A stretch of DNA of 32,000 nt. Origin: an uncultured Erysipelotrichaceae bacterium. GTDB lineage: Bacteria > Bacillota_I > Bacilli_A > Erysipelotrichales > Erysipelotrichaceae. Both the position numbers and the translations under genes were made by a program. The notes beneath the pieces are model-generated. The model saw nothing but the letters and a program-made list of their open reading frames with translations. It ran no database searches and had not been told where the DNA came from. Each line of letters begins with the position of its first letter. Within the stretch, counting starts at the first letter, position 1. The DNA is taken from assembly GCA_942493105.1 (NCBI GenBank), contig OW818668.1:780001-812000 (forward strand), written 5' to 3'. Positions 1 through 9,139 of this stretch are shown piece by piece.

Positions 1-954
1 GTCGCAGCGCTTAACTTAGATCATCTTACATATGTTCCACTTACCGCAGAAGGATTTTCCTTCTTGATCAATAAGACAAGACTTGAGCTATTGGGTTTAT
101 CTCTTGAAGATAAAAATAAAGATGGCTTGATCGATACTGTCGATACATTTGAAAAAATCATTGAATTAAAGGCCTTGTGGGATTCTCTTCAAGTCGAAGT
201 CTTACCGATTGCGTTAAATGAGCCTTATTCGTTTTATCCTTATTTAACTGCAGGTGATTTTAGGATCTTTAAAGAATATGATGCGTTAAGGCCAGGTTTT
301 GATGGCCCTGAGTTTAAACAAAGTCTACAACTGATCCAAGACCTATCACAGATCAACTGGAATCACAGTGAAACCAACGCATCTGAAACCTATACATGGA
401 AATTGGATGAAGTTTTAGTTGAAGATAATTTTGTGTTTACAGTGGTTGGATCATGGATGGATCTCAATGAAAGTGATGCGGCTGTTCAAAGTGAATGGAT
501 TGCCTCAAAATTCCCAAGCTATCAAGGAAATGAATTATCGCCAATGGTCAGAACCAGCGGTTTAGCCATCAATGTGAATACGCTTTATCCAAGTGCTGCC
601 CACGAATTGATCCGTATATTGAAGTCCATCAAAGGCTTACAGCTCTTGATTGATACAACAGACAAGATTCCCTTGGTCAATGAGACAACCTTTCCTTATT
701 TGACTTTCAATGATCTTCATCGATCAGAATTGGCATTTGCTTATCAATATTCTGTTGGAGAACCGATAATTGCCTTTGCGGGAAATCCTGAAAATTTAGC
801 GATCGAGTTGTATTATCATATGGATTTAATGTCGATCATTCGTGATCTGTGGGATCAAAAGATCAGTATCGATGAAGCACAAAGTTTGATCGTTGCAGAA
901 GCAACACGGGTCATAGAAGTTTTAAATAAGAATGAGGATCTTAGTGATGAGTAA
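1..954 (+). CDS. extracellular solute-binding-protein-like, C-terminal part (5' end outside window)
   Basis: Frame 1 is open from nt 1, with no stop before the listed ORF start at 64; the stop is TAA 952-954. It generally resembles family-1 ABC sugar-binding proteins (GSWM..., SGLAINVNT..PSAAHELIRIL), but I could find no diagnostic motif. Confidence 0.4.
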   Translation, partial: VAALNLDHLTYVPLTAEGFSFLINKTRLELLGLSLEDKNKDGLIDTVDTFEKIIELKALWDSLQVEVLPIALNEPYSFYPYLTAGDFRIFKEYDALRPGFDGPEFKQSLQLIQDLSQINWNHSETNASETYTWKLDEVLVEDNFVFTVVGSWMDLNESDAAVQSEWIASKFPSYQGNELSPMVRTSGLAINVNTLYPSAAHELIRILKSIKGLQLLIDTTDKIPLVNETTFPYLTFNDLHRSELAFAYQYSVGEPIIAFAGNPENLAIELYYHMDLMSIIRDLWDQKISIDEAQSLIVAEATRVIEVLNKNEDLSDE

Positions 955-2152
955 AAATGAAAAATTATTGTTGATGACCAATGCTTTATATTTCATGTCA
1001 TCAACTATGAGCAGTGTGTTTGTGAATGTTTATCTTTATGCCTTTACAGGATCGTTGGTTGAAATGACGATCTATGCGATGGTGCGTTTTGGTTTTTTTC
1101 CTTTGGGATTTTTAATTGGAGGCATCTTAGGTAAACGAACACGATTGGCGACCTCATTGACCATCGGGTTGATTTTTATCATATCGACTTTGGCTTTCTT
1201 ACTGACATTTAATCATTTATTCTCAACGAATTATTACCTGATTCATTTGATTGGGATGGCTTTTGGGATCGGTGAAGGTATGTATTGGTTTTCTACCAAT
1301 AACCTAAGTTTGGCTATTTCTGAAAAGAAAACGCGGGCACAGTTCATCACAACTATGGGGATCACCAATTCGATCTCTGTTGTATTGGCACCTTCGATCG
1401 CAGCCCTCATCGTCAGTTTCTCAAAGACAGATACTCAAGGTTACCTATTTATTTTCCAACTGGTTATCTTACTTCATACGGTGACAGCCTATATCTCCTC
1501 TAAGATCAGTGTTTCCGCAAACAAGGATAAGTTTACCTTAAGAGATAAGTTTGATTTGACCAAAGATGCGCAATGGCGTTATATGATGATTTCTCACTTC
1601 TTGTTTGGGATACGAGATTCCATTACCTTGGTTGTGATGGGTTTGATCTTGTATGCAGCTCTAGGTTCTCAAGGGTCTTTATATTCAACTTTACTCATCC
1701 TGTTTTCAATCCTGGGGATCATAGGTTCAACGATCGTACGAAAGATCCAAAGACGAGATAATCGAATGGCACTTTATACCTATGGAGCCTATGCCTTATT
1801 TACGGCTGCGATGATTTTAGTACTTATGCCAAATATTTATGGGGCTTTGATTTATGGGGTCCTAAACTCCTTATCGGCACCTTTCTTTATCAATCCTTAT
1901 TCCATCATTGTGATGAATGCAATGCAGGATTATACTGAAAAGGGAAGTGTCTATGGACATATGATCGTCAAAGAAGTGTTACTGAATGCAGGAAGATTAT
2001 TGGGAATGGGATTTATTCTATTGGCCTATGTACTCTTACCTGAAAACATCTATTTGATATGTGCTGTCTTTGCTTCATCGATATTTGCTCCAATATTGGT
2101 CGTCTATGCAGGTCGCTATCATCGTCAACGAGATCAACTAAAACAGGGGTAA
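947..2152 (+). CDS. MFS-type transporter (about 12 predicted TM segments)
   Basis: The roughly 400-aa protein is hydrophobic throughout, with about 12 TM-length segments. I prefer ATG 947 over ATG 932 because GAGGA (934-938) lies 8 nt upstream of it. The start overlaps the upstream stop by 8 nt. Confidence 0.7.
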   Translation: MSKNEKLLLMTNALYFMSSTMSSVFVNVYLYAFTGSLVEMTIYAMVRFGFFPLGFLIGGILGKRTRLATSLTIGLIFIISTLAFLLTFNHLFSTNYYLIHLIGMAFGIGEGMYWFSTNNLSLAISEKKTRAQFITTMGITNSISVVLAPSIAALIVSFSKTDTQGYLFIFQLVILLHTVTAYISSKISVSANKDKFTLRDKFDLTKDAQWRYMMISHFLFGIRDSITLVVMGLILYAALGSQGSLYSTLLILFSILGIIGSTIVRKIQRRDNRMALYTYGAYALFTAAMILVLMPNIYGALIYGVLNSLSAPFFINPYSIIVMNAMQDYTEKGSVYGHMIVKEVLLNAGRLLGMGFILLAYVLLPENIYLICAVFASSIFAPILVVYAGRYHRQRDQLKQG

Positions 2153-2153
2153 T

Positions 2154-2804
2154 ATGAACTGGAATGATGTCATAAAAGCTCAATTTGAAATGCCTTATTT
2201 TAAATCCTTATCGGTTTTTCTTAAACAGGCTTATGAAACATCAACAGTTTATCCTCCTAAAGAACAAATCTTCAACGCTTTCTCATATGCGGATTATAAT
2301 GAACTTAAGGTTATCTTGATTGGGCAAGATCCTTACCATCAGGCTCATCAAGCCCACGGCCTTTGTTTCTCTGTCAATCCAGGAATTGATCATCCTCCAA
2401 GCCTACAAAACATCTTTAAAGAATTATCGGATGATGTGGGTTGTGGTACACCTTTATCAGGTTCTTTGATCCCTTGGGCCAAACAAGGCGTCTTACTTTT
2501 GAATACCATTCTTACGGTAGAAGCGAATAAACCCTTGTCTCATCAAAATCAAGGCTGGGAACAGTTTACAGATCATATTCTGAAGTGTTGTAATCAGCAT
2601 CCCAATCCTTGTGTCTTCATCTTGTGGGGAAAGAATGCCCAAGCAAAAGCTTCTCTGATTACGGATCCCAAACACTTGATCCTAAGTGCACCTCATCCTT
2701 CCCCATTATCAGTCTATCGAGGTTATTTTGGATCCAAACCCTTCTCAAAAACCAATGCCTTTTTAAAGAAAAACGGCAGGAAAGAAATCGAGTGGTGCTT
2801 ATGA
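2154..2804 (+). CDS. ung: uracil-DNA glycosylase
   Basis: It carries the family-1 UDG motifs GQDPYH (water-activating loop) and HPSPLS (Leu-intercalation loop). The length of 216 aa is typical. Confidence 0.95.
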   Translation: MNWNDVIKAQFEMPYFKSLSVFLKQAYETSTVYPPKEQIFNAFSYADYNELKVILIGQDPYHQAHQAHGLCFSVNPGIDHPPSLQNIFKELSDDVGCGTPLSGSLIPWAKQGVLLLNTILTVEANKPLSHQNQGWEQFTDHILKCCNQHPNPCVFILWGKNAQAKASLITDPKHLILSAPHPSPLSVYRGYFGSKPFSKTNAFLKKNGRKEIEWCL

Positions 2805-4048
2805 CCTTTAAAACAATCGAAGAATTCATTGCCTATAGTGAAGCTCGCTTATCCAAAGGACGTTTTGGCTTTGATCATTTTAAGGCAGCCATGAATGAAT
2901 TGGGTAATCCGCAAAATGACACCCAATGTGTTCATATTGCGGGAACCAATGGGAAAGGCTCAACCACCAATTATCTAAGAAGTATCCTTCAAAGTGCCGG
3001 TTATAAAGTAGGGACTTTTACTTCGCCGCATTTGATCGTTCATAATGATCGCATTAGAATCAACGATGTCTATATATCGGATGAACAATTACTTGAATAC
3101 GGAAATCGTTTCTATGACTTTATCGAATTTCATAATCTGACGATGTTTGAGATCGATATGTTGATTGCCTCAACGTACTTCAAGGAACAGAAGGTTGATT
3201 TTGCCTTATATGAAGTTGGTTTAGGCGGCAGATTAGATGCGACCAATATCGTTACCCCTTTATTGTCGATCATCACCACGATTGGTTTTGATCATATGGA
3301 ACTATTAGGCAATACACTAAAGTTGATTGCGGGTGAAAAAGCAGGCATCATCAAACCACAGGTTCCTTTATTGACTGCAGAACCTAAGAAGCGCTGCTTA
3401 TCGGTTTTTGAAACCATATGCTTAGATAAACAAGCACCACTCATGAAATTATCAAAGATCACAAAATTGAGCTCACCAACAGGCTTGAAGTATCGCTATC
3501 ACGATTTAGAGATCCATCTTGATACCAAAGCCATCTATCAAATCAAAAACTCCGCAACAGCCCTAGAAGCAGCCCTCTATTTAAGAAAATTGGGCCATAA
3601 GATATCCGATGAAGCCATCGTTGAAGGATTAGCCAAAGCACATTGGAAAGGCCGTTTTGAACAAGTCTGTGTAGACCCTTTAATCATCTTGGATGGTGCA
3701 CATAATTCTCATGGGATCGCCGCATTAAAAGAAAGTGTCAAACATTTACCTAAGCCTATTTTTGTGGTTTTTAGTGCACTTAAAGATAAAGAAACCGATA
3801 AGATGATCAGTCAGATGTTGGATGTAACAACACACTTAATTGTCACAGAATTTGATTTCTATCGCGCATCAACCGTTGATCTCTTGGCGAAAGACTTTCC
3901 AGTTGATAAAATCAAAGATCCAAAGAAAGCAATTCAAGAGGGAATACGAAGATCTAAGGGAGGCACCCTAGTGATCACAGGATCACTCTACTTTATTTCT
4001 GAAGTCAGACAACGAATATTGCCTAAACTATTGGGAAAAACGTTATGA
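2801..4048 (+). CDS. folC: bifunctional folylpolyglutamate synthase / dihydrofolate synthase
   Basis: Motifs present: P-loop HIAGTNGKGST, EVGLGGRLDATN and DGAHN. I take ATG 2801 (MTFKTIEEF...) as the start; it forms an ATGA overlap with the ung stop. The 64 codons listed upstream overlap ung and look non-coding. Confidence 0.9.
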   Translation: MTFKTIEEFIAYSEARLSKGRFGFDHFKAAMNELGNPQNDTQCVHIAGTNGKGSTTNYLRSILQSAGYKVGTFTSPHLIVHNDRIRINDVYISDEQLLEYGNRFYDFIEFHNLTMFEIDMLIASTYFKEQKVDFALYEVGLGGRLDATNIVTPLLSIITTIGFDHMELLGNTLKLIAGEKAGIIKPQVPLLTAEPKKRCLSVFETICLDKQAPLMKLSKITKLSSPTGLKYRYHDLEIHLDTKAIYQIKNSATALEAALYLRKLGHKISDEAIVEGLAKAHWKGRFEQVCVDPLIILDGAHNSHGIAALKESVKHLPKPIFVVFSALKDKETDKMISQMLDVTTHLIVTEFDFYRASTVDLLAKDFPVDKIKDPKKAIQEGIRRSKGGTLVITGSLYFISEVRQRILPKLLGKTL

Positions 4049-4857
4049 AGCCAATGAATTTTCAGTATATTCTAATGATATCTGCGGTACTGATCACGCT
4101 TATTTTGATTACACACGCAATATTTAAAACAAAATTTACACTCAAAACCATGGTCATGGTTAGTTTCTTAAGTCTTTTATCTTTGGTGTTGTCTGCTTTC
4201 TTATCCATGACCATTCCACTTTTTGGGTTTCCATCTTTGCGTTTTGGTTTCTCACAACTCCCAATCATGTTGGCAGGGGCGATCTTTGGTCCATGGTGGG
4301 GTTTGATTGCTGGTGTGCTAGAAGACTTACTTGAGTTGGCCAGCGGCTTTATCACAACGCCTTATGTTGGTTTTACTTTAAACAAAGCCTTGTTGGGATT
4401 GATTCCTGGTTTGGTATTCCTTTTAGCGAAAAAACAACCTGAGAAGTTAAAGTTTTATATCGGTGCTTTGGTAGTTTTATTGTATGGTGCCAGCATCTCA
4501 TTTATTCTAAGCACCAATAGTGTCAGTGCTTCACAAGTAACTTATGTCTTAGATTGGCCAGTCAAACTTATTCTGATCGGATTAACCTTGATGATCCTTC
4601 CACTGACTTATCTTGTCTATCGGACACTTAAACAAAAGGATCTCCAAAAAACATCTTTCCAAGCATGGTTATTATCAGTTATCCTGATCGAAATATTGCT
4701 TAATGTTATTTTGACGCCGTTATGGCTTAAGAATATGTATGGCATACCCATTGAGATCCAAGTGGTCATTCGAAGTATCAAGGCAAGTTTCTTTGTGGTT
4801 CTCAATACCTTTATGGCTTACTTTATTTATCAAAACCTGCAACGACTTAAAAAGTAA
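4045..4857 (+). CDS. ECF-transporter S-component-like membrane protein, probably folate family (FolT-like)
   Basis: It is a polytopic membrane protein with the S-component-like segment LPIMLAGAIFGPWWGLIAGVLEDLLE. Its start forms an ATGA overlap with the folC stop, and folT-folC colocalisation is a known pattern. At 270 aa it is longer than canonical FolT (about 180 aa). Confidence 0.45.
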   Translation: MKPMNFQYILMISAVLITLILITHAIFKTKFTLKTMVMVSFLSLLSLVLSAFLSMTIPLFGFPSLRFGFSQLPIMLAGAIFGPWWGLIAGVLEDLLELASGFITTPYVGFTLNKALLGLIPGLVFLLAKKQPEKLKFYIGALVVLLYGASISFILSTNSVSASQVTYVLDWPVKLILIGLTLMILPLTYLVYRTLKQKDLQKTSFQAWLLSVILIEILLNVILTPLWLKNMYGIPIEIQVVIRSIKASFFVVLNTFMAYFIYQNLQRLKK

Positions 4858-4880
4858 GAGTTCCCTGAACTCTTTTTTTA
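4856..4880 (+). terminator. intrinsic terminator after the FolT-like gene
   Basis: Stem AAGAGTTC (4856-4863), loop CCT, stem GAACTCTT (4867-4874), followed by T5. Confidence 0.7.
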
Positions 4881-4971
4881 AACAATAGATTTTGAGTGGT
4901 GGTTTTTAAATGTTTTATCCAGTATGATAAGAGGTATAGACATGTTGGTAAGACCAAAGGAGGGTCATGAA

Positions 4972-6165
4972 ATGAAGATCGCATATAAATCGACTCAGAT
5001 TGTTTTAGAAAACGTTGTGTTTAATGGCTATATGATCGTAGAAGAAGGACTCATTAAGGACTTTGTCCATCATAAACCCGATTGTAAGGTTGTTGATTGC
5101 GGATCAGATCGAATCATACCAGGAATTTTTGATACACATAATCACGGTACTTTAGGCTACAGTTTGATGGCCAGCAAAGATCCCAGTAAAAATAAATCCA
5201 ATCTGTTGGGTTACTTAAAAGGCTTAGCCAGTCAAGGTGTTACTTCAATTTTACCGACGGCTGATATCAGTCTCTTCAGTGATATCGCAGAGTTATCTCA
5301 AACGAAAGTTGGCCAACAGATCCGCGGCATTCACTCTGAAGGACCATGGCTCAATCGAGTTGGAGAAAAAGGCATTAAAACCGGATATCCAGAAGTCAGT
5401 TTGGATCATGCTAAAAAGATGGTTGAATTAGCCAAAGGTCTATTACGGTTGGTGGCTTTGGCACCTGAAATCCCAGGCATCGATCAAATCAGAGATTATT
5501 TCTTATCCCAAGGCATCACCATTGCGTATGCCCATAGTGACCATAACTTTAAAGACGCTTATGAAGCCTTTGAATCTGGAATCAGTGTTTCTACGCACAC
5601 AGGCAATGTCATGACGGGTCTTCATCATCGTGATATTGGTGGTTTAGGGGCTGCTTTATCTCATCCTAATGTTGAGTGTGAAGTCATCTGTGATGGTAAA
5701 CACATCAGTTTAGAAATGATCCGTTTATATTTTCTTATGAAATCTCCTTCTCGCTTTATGATGATTTCTGATTGTTCAGCTTTATCAGGGGCTCCTTTAG
5801 GTCGCTACAGACTCTTCAAAGACATGAATGTGACCATTACACCTGATGGGTTCTGTTTAAGCGATACAGGTCGTTTAATGGGCTCTACGATGCCTGTGAT
5901 TTATGGGATAGGAAATCTTGTTGAAGTTTTGAAGATGCCCATTACCACAGTCTGTCAAATGGCAAGTTTGAATCCAAGTCGTAAATATGGGGTCGCTGAT
6001 CGTAAAGGATCCTTAAGCAGAGGTAAGGATGCTGATTTCATCATCATCAGTGATGACTATAAAGTTAAAGAGACCTATCTGAAAGGTGAAGTGATCTATG
6101 ATGCATCACTTAAAGAAAACCTCTTTAATCCAAACTTCTTTACAGAAGCCAATCCTAATAACTAA
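4972..6165 (+). CDS. nagA: N-acetylglucosamine-6-phosphate deacetylase family amidohydrolase
   Basis: NagA-like motif series: PGIFDTHNHG (HxH), HSEGPW, LAPEIPG, AYAHSDH, STHTGNVM, EVICDGKH. Start ATG 4972 (MKIAYK...) is preceded by AAAGGAGGG. Confidence 0.7.
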   Translation: MKIAYKSTQIVLENVVFNGYMIVEEGLIKDFVHHKPDCKVVDCGSDRIIPGIFDTHNHGTLGYSLMASKDPSKNKSNLLGYLKGLASQGVTSILPTADISLFSDIAELSQTKVGQQIRGIHSEGPWLNRVGEKGIKTGYPEVSLDHAKKMVELAKGLLRLVALAPEIPGIDQIRDYFLSQGITIAYAHSDHNFKDAYEAFESGISVSTHTGNVMTGLHHRDIGGLGAALSHPNVECEVICDGKHISLEMIRLYFLMKSPSRFMMISDCSALSGAPLGRYRLFKDMNVTITPDGFCLSDTGRLMGSTMPVIYGIGNLVEVLKMPITTVCQMASLNPSRKYGVADRKGSLSRGKDADFIIISDDYKVKETYLKGEVIYDASLKENLFNPNFFTEANPNN

Positions 6166-6172
6166 TCATAAG

Positions 6173-6206
6173 AAGAGACCCTATCATAAGATAAGGTCTC
6201 TTTTAT
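6173..6206. terminator. shared hairpin between convergent nagA and the HAD gene
   Basis: AAGAGACC (6173-6180) pairs with GGTCTCTT (6195-6202). An inner imperfect CCTATC/GATA(A)GG extension lengthens the stem. T-rich sequence follows on the plus strand. The hairpin overlaps the HAD gene stop. Confidence 0.55.
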
Positions 6207-6985
6207 TTCATTAGATTTTCAATACATTCAGAGATGCCGTGAACCAAATGCTTGGCTACTTTAAGGAGTTCCTCATGGCCACCGATGATTCCATAGCCAT
6301 CAAAGTCTCTGACCATCTCCACATCATTGAGATCATCTCCAATGACACTGATGTGTGCTTGCGGATAAATCTCTTGAAGGGCACTGATCGCAGTAGATTT
6401 AGATATGCCCAAAGGTCCAATATCGATCGTACCTCGATTTTGGTGAAGTCCAAAGCGAGGTCCAAAAGTTTTTTCGATGCGTTGTCCTAAATCAACGGTC
6501 AATTCCAGATTATTTTTACGAGTAAAAAAAGCAGTTATCTTTTTAGCCTTCAAAACTTCTTCTTTGGTTGAAACCATGGATTGAATGATCCCATTGACAT
6601 TGGACTGTGTAATAAACCCAGGATTGAGCTGTCTATAGTATGATTTATCTCCAGTCACTCCAAACATGGCTGCTTCTTCTTTCTCCAACCAAGCAATCAA
6701 ATCCATCGCCAATTGAGTGTCAATGGTGACATGATAGAGCGAATTCCCTGAGGCATCATAAATGACAGAGCCATTATTACAGATCAGAAAATCCACACTG
6801 ATCCCATAGTAATTCAATTCATTGAAGATCATATTATAAGATCTGCCAGTTACGATCCCAAACAGATGACCTGCTTGGCGAAATTTTGCGATGGATTCCA
6901 AATCATGAGGGTCAACCTCTCCGTTTATACGTAAAGTACCATCATAATCTGAAGCTAAGATTTGGAAAGATTTTTGAATGTTCAT
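6203..6985 (-). CDS. Cof-type HAD-IIB family phosphatase
   Basis: HAD motif I is DYDGTL near the N-terminus, motif IV is GDDLNDVEM, and a cap-domain-sized insert lies between them. Length is 260 aa. Confidence 0.8.
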   Translation of the reverse strand: MNIQKSFQILASDYDGTLRINGEVDPHDLESIAKFRQAGHLFGIVTGRSYNMIFNELNYYGISVDFLICNNGSVIYDASGNSLYHVTIDTQLAMDLIAWLEKEEAAMFGVTGDKSYYRQLNPGFITQSNVNGIIQSMVSTKEEVLKAKKITAFFTRKNNLELTVDLGQRIEKTFGPRFGLHQNRGTIDIGPLGISKSTAISALQEIYPQAHISVIGDDLNDVEMVRDFDGYGIIGGHEELLKVAKHLVHGISECIENLMK

Positions 6986-7099
6986 GTGTATATGATACCT
7001 TATTGAGCCTCTTTTTTACAGGTAAATTTCCAAGACTATAGTGTCAACCATAATATTTATCAATCATAGTCAGGTGTATAATGAAACAAAGGGTAACTT

Positions 7100-7831
7100 A
7101 TGAACACAAAGAAAAATGATTTGAGTATCCAAGAAATCACACAACTGTTTGAAGAGAATCAGCTGATTTTTGATGTGTCAATGGATATTGTCTCACAACT
7201 GGCTGAAACCAGAGATGAAGGTTCAGCTCATCATATCACCAGAGTAAAAGCAGTTATGGAAAGATTAACCAGACGATTGGCGCTTAATCCTAAATATGCA
7301 TCTCTGATTGATGATGAATATGTTGACCTAGTCGTCAAAGCCTGTCCATTTCACGACATCGGTAAAGCCAACATCTCTGATAAGATCTTATTGAAACCCG
7401 GTTTATTGACAGAAAAAGAATATGAACTTATGAAAGAACATGCGATGAATGGGGTCAATAGTATTTTAAATGCACTTAAACGTTTTGAGATCAGTGATCC
7501 CTACCAATCCACAGAACACTCCAAGGTACAATTATTTTTCAAAGAAACCTTAAACATCGTCAGATCTCATCATGAACATTATGATGGGAGCGGCTATCCG
7601 CAAGGCTTAAAAGGAGATGAGATTCCTTTGTCTGCCAGGATCATGGCTTTGATCGATGTCTTTGATGCATTAACTCATCATCGCATCTATAAACCAGCAT
7701 GGACGATTGAAAAGGCTTTGGAATACATTGAGATGCAATCAGGATATCAGTTTGATCCAGACTGTGTAGATGCATTAATGGCTGAATTGGAAGATGTTAA
7801 GACGATTTATCAGCGATACGGTGATGAATAA
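7100..7831 (+). CDS. stand-alone HD-GYP domain phosphohydrolase
   Basis: Motifs HHITRV, HDIGK and HHEHYDGSGYPQGL (the GYP motif) are present. Only about 35 aa precede the domain, so there is no receiver or sensor domain. Confidence 0.85.
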   Translation: MNTKKNDLSIQEITQLFEENQLIFDVSMDIVSQLAETRDEGSAHHITRVKAVMERLTRRLALNPKYASLIDDEYVDLVVKACPFHDIGKANISDKILLKPGLLTEKEYELMKEHAMNGVNSILNALKRFEISDPYQSTEHSKVQLFFKETLNIVRSHHEHYDGSGYPQGLKGDEIPLSARIMALIDVFDALTHHRIYKPAWTIEKALEYIEMQSGYQFDPDCVDALMAELEDVKTIYQRYGDE

Positions 7832-7927
7832 GGTCTTATGAACACTTGGGCATATAATATTCATATCTTTCCAAGATGCGCAATTTAAGTCTTGCAGCTT
7901 GTCTTAATGCCACATTTGTGACACAAG

Positions 7928-7951
7928 AACAGTGATTATTCACTGTTTTTT
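7928..7951 (+). terminator. intrinsic terminator about 95 nt downstream of the HD-GYP gene
   Basis: Stem AACAGTGA (7928-7935), loop TTAT, stem TCACTGTT (7940-7947), followed by a T-run to 7951. Confidence 0.7.
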
Positions 7952-8006
7952 AATAATTGTCATGAATGAAATAAAGTATAATATAAGTAACCGTGGAGGT
8001 TTATTT

Positions 8007-9137
8007 ATGCGCCAAAATAATATGGTTGCGATGATCTTAGCAGGAGGACGAGGGACTCGTCTACTGGATCTTACCAACAAAGTAGCGAAGCCTGCTGTCT
8101 ATTTCGGAGGGAAATATCGAATCATCGATTTTCCACTGAGCAATTGTGCCAACTCTGGTATTGATGTCGTTGGGGTATTGACGCAGTATGAGTCTGTTTT
8201 ATTGAATTCTTATGTAGCGAAAGCTTCACTATGGGGCTTGGATGCGAAAGACTCAGGGATTTATGTTTTACCCCCAAGAGAGAAAATCGAAGGCTTTGGA
8301 CTGTATCGCGGAACTGCTGATGCGATTACCCAAAACATCGATTTCTTAGACCAATATGATCCTGAAACAGTTTTGATACTTTCTGGGGATCATATCTACA
8401 AAATGGATTATTCAAAGATGTTGGAATGTCATGAGACCAACAAAGCAGATGCGACCATTGCTGTTCTTGAAGTACCCCTTAAGGAAGCCAGTCGATTTGG
8501 CATCATGAATACGGATCAACAGGATCGTATAGTTGAATTCGAAGAAAAGCCAAAAGAACCTAAGAGTAATCTTGCCTCAATGGGGATCTATATCTTCAAC
8601 TGGAAACAATTAAGAAAAGCTTTGATCGATGATGTTAAGAATCCTAATTCACATCACGATTTCGGAAAAGATATCATCCCTGGTTTCTTAAATTCCAACA
8701 AACGTTTATATGCCTATCGTTTTAAAGGTTATTGGAAAGATGTCGGTACGATCGATTCCTTATGGGAAGCCAATATGGACCTTTTATATCGCTCAGAAGA
8801 GCTGAATCTAGCAGATCCCAGCTGGAAGATCTATACCGAAGATATGACAGTCCCTGCTCAAAATTTCGGCGCAAAAGCTAAAGTCTCAAATGCCTATATC
8901 AACCAAGGTTGTGTGGTCAATGGGAAAGTTGTCAACTCTGTTTTATTTACAGGAGTCATCGTAGAAGCTGGGGCAGAAGTTTATGACTCTGTTTTGATGC
9001 CATATACAAAGATCAAATCTGGGGCAAGAGTAAAACGTATCATCACGGATGAACATATTACGATTGGTGAAAACGTGAGTGTTGGACATGATCAGGGCGA
9101 AATCGAATTGATTGCCCATGATATCAAAGGGGACTAA
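8007..9137 (+). CDS. glgC: glucose-1-phosphate adenylyltransferase, catalytic subunit
   Basis: It has the N-terminal [10 protein letters not shown] nucleotide-binding motif and a C-terminal left-handed beta-helix-like repeat region. Start ATG 8007 is preceded by GGAGG; the listed upstream extension lacks an RBS. Confidence 0.9.
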   Translation: MRQNNMVAMILAGGRGTRLLDLTNKVAKPAVYFGGKYRIIDFPLSNCANSGIDVVGVLTQYESVLLNSYVAKASLWGLDAKDSGIYVLPPREKIEGFGLYRGTADAITQNIDFLDQYDPETVLILSGDHIYKMDYSKMLECHETNKADATIAVLEVPLKEASRFGIMNTDQQDRIVEFEEKPKEPKSNLASMGIYIFNWKQLRKALIDDVKNPNSHHDFGKDIIPGFLNSNKRLYAYRFKGYWKDVGTIDSLWEANMDLLYRSEELNLADPSWKIYTEDMTVPAQNFGAKAKVSNAYINQGCVVNGKVVNSVLFTGVIVEAGAEVYDSVLMPYTKIKSGARVKRIITDEHITIGENVSVGHDQGEIELIAHDIKGD

Positions 9138-9139
9138 TT

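Noticed and set aside
2609-2800. A 64-codon N-terminal extension of the folC ORF appears in the track.
   Set aside because: It overlaps the 3' end of ung in another frame. The sequence (MCLHLVGKECPSK...) has no FolC similarity. ATG 2801 gives the canonical FolC N-terminus with an ATGA coupling to ung.
7846-7855. The 10-mer TTGGGCATAT is repeated at 7846-7855 and 15092-15101, both just downstream of genes. I considered it as a REP-like element.
   Set aside because: Hundreds of repeated 10-mers are expected by chance in 32 kb. There is no extended similarity or shared secondary structure around the two copies.
7932-8006. Upstream extension of glgC ([25 protein letters not shown]).
   Set aside because: It covers the terminator and promoter region. 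GGAGG precedes ATG 8007, which gives the conserved GlgC N-terminus.
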